Below are positions 63,545 through 64,000 of a stretch of DNA of 64,000 nt, in pieces (within the stretch, counting starts at the first letter, position 1; each line of letters begins with the position of its first letter). Source of the DNA: Octopus sinensis (Eukaryota). Where the stretch lies: the NCBI RefSeq assembly GCF_006345805.1, contig NW_021833250.1, positions 14,668-78,667 on the forward strand, in the 5' to 3' direction. The notes beneath the pieces were generated by a model. That model ran no database searches and was not told where the DNA came from. It saw nothing but the letters and a program-made list of their open reading frames with translations. The translations under genes were made by a program, and so were the position numbers.

Positions 63545-64000
63545 GTCTTTCTCTCTCTTTATTTTCGATTTATTCTTGCAGTCTTCTCCACTTCAAGTGC
63601 ATGTCTGCTTTCACTTCGAACAAAAATTATACATATTTGCACGCACCAATTTCCATGCTTTACTCTCACTGCACTTGCGCAGCTCTATTTTGCCAAATGA
63701 AATCACTGTTTACCAATGTTTATTTTGTCTTTCAGTCGTAGCCACCGCTCGCCTCAAGGTTCAACCAGCTTTCACTAATTCAGCCACATACACAACAAAA
63801 AAACACACACACATACACAACAATCACACACACAAACAAAAAAAATACACACACGCACACACATACACAACAAAAACACACACACACAGGTAATCGGTCC
63901 GTAAGTCAGGGATAACATTGAAATAAACAAGCCTTTGAAGACAGAAAACAGAAGACTGAAAAGGATGAATAACACAGCAAGTGAATTGAGGTCAAAACAG

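Overview
AT-rich, microsatellite-dense animal DNA. The SINE and repeat repertoire looks like an octopod cephalopod (inference, not verified). The only host genes visible are three minus-strand paralogs of an unrecognised membrane protein whose CDS lies in one exon: signal peptide, ~200-aa Cys-containing ectodomain and roughly 9-11 TM helices. Two are intact (8110-10926, 938 aa, with nine 24-aa repeats; 51551-53761, 736 aa) and one is a pseudogene (24447-26672). The paralogs share flanking sequence and a conserved 5'-UTR intron. The rest is transposon-derived. It includes a ~14 kb same-strand array of R4/Dong-type RLE LINEs sitting in (TAA)n tracts, with a TAA-tailed non-coding companion retroposon, and a Naiad/Chlamys-type Penelope-like RT fragment. 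There are eight minimal type-I hammerhead ribozyme motifs on both strands: four with well-formed cores (one U3-A8) and four variant or degenerate. Also present: Helitrons (one with an OTU domain), Tc1/mariner, hAT and Merlin-like MITEs, HERO/CR1/RTE RT fragments, tRNA-SINEs, several long fold-back palindromes and a head-to-head pair of diverged 5S rRNA copies. All alignments, folds and counts were done by eye. No database searches were run.
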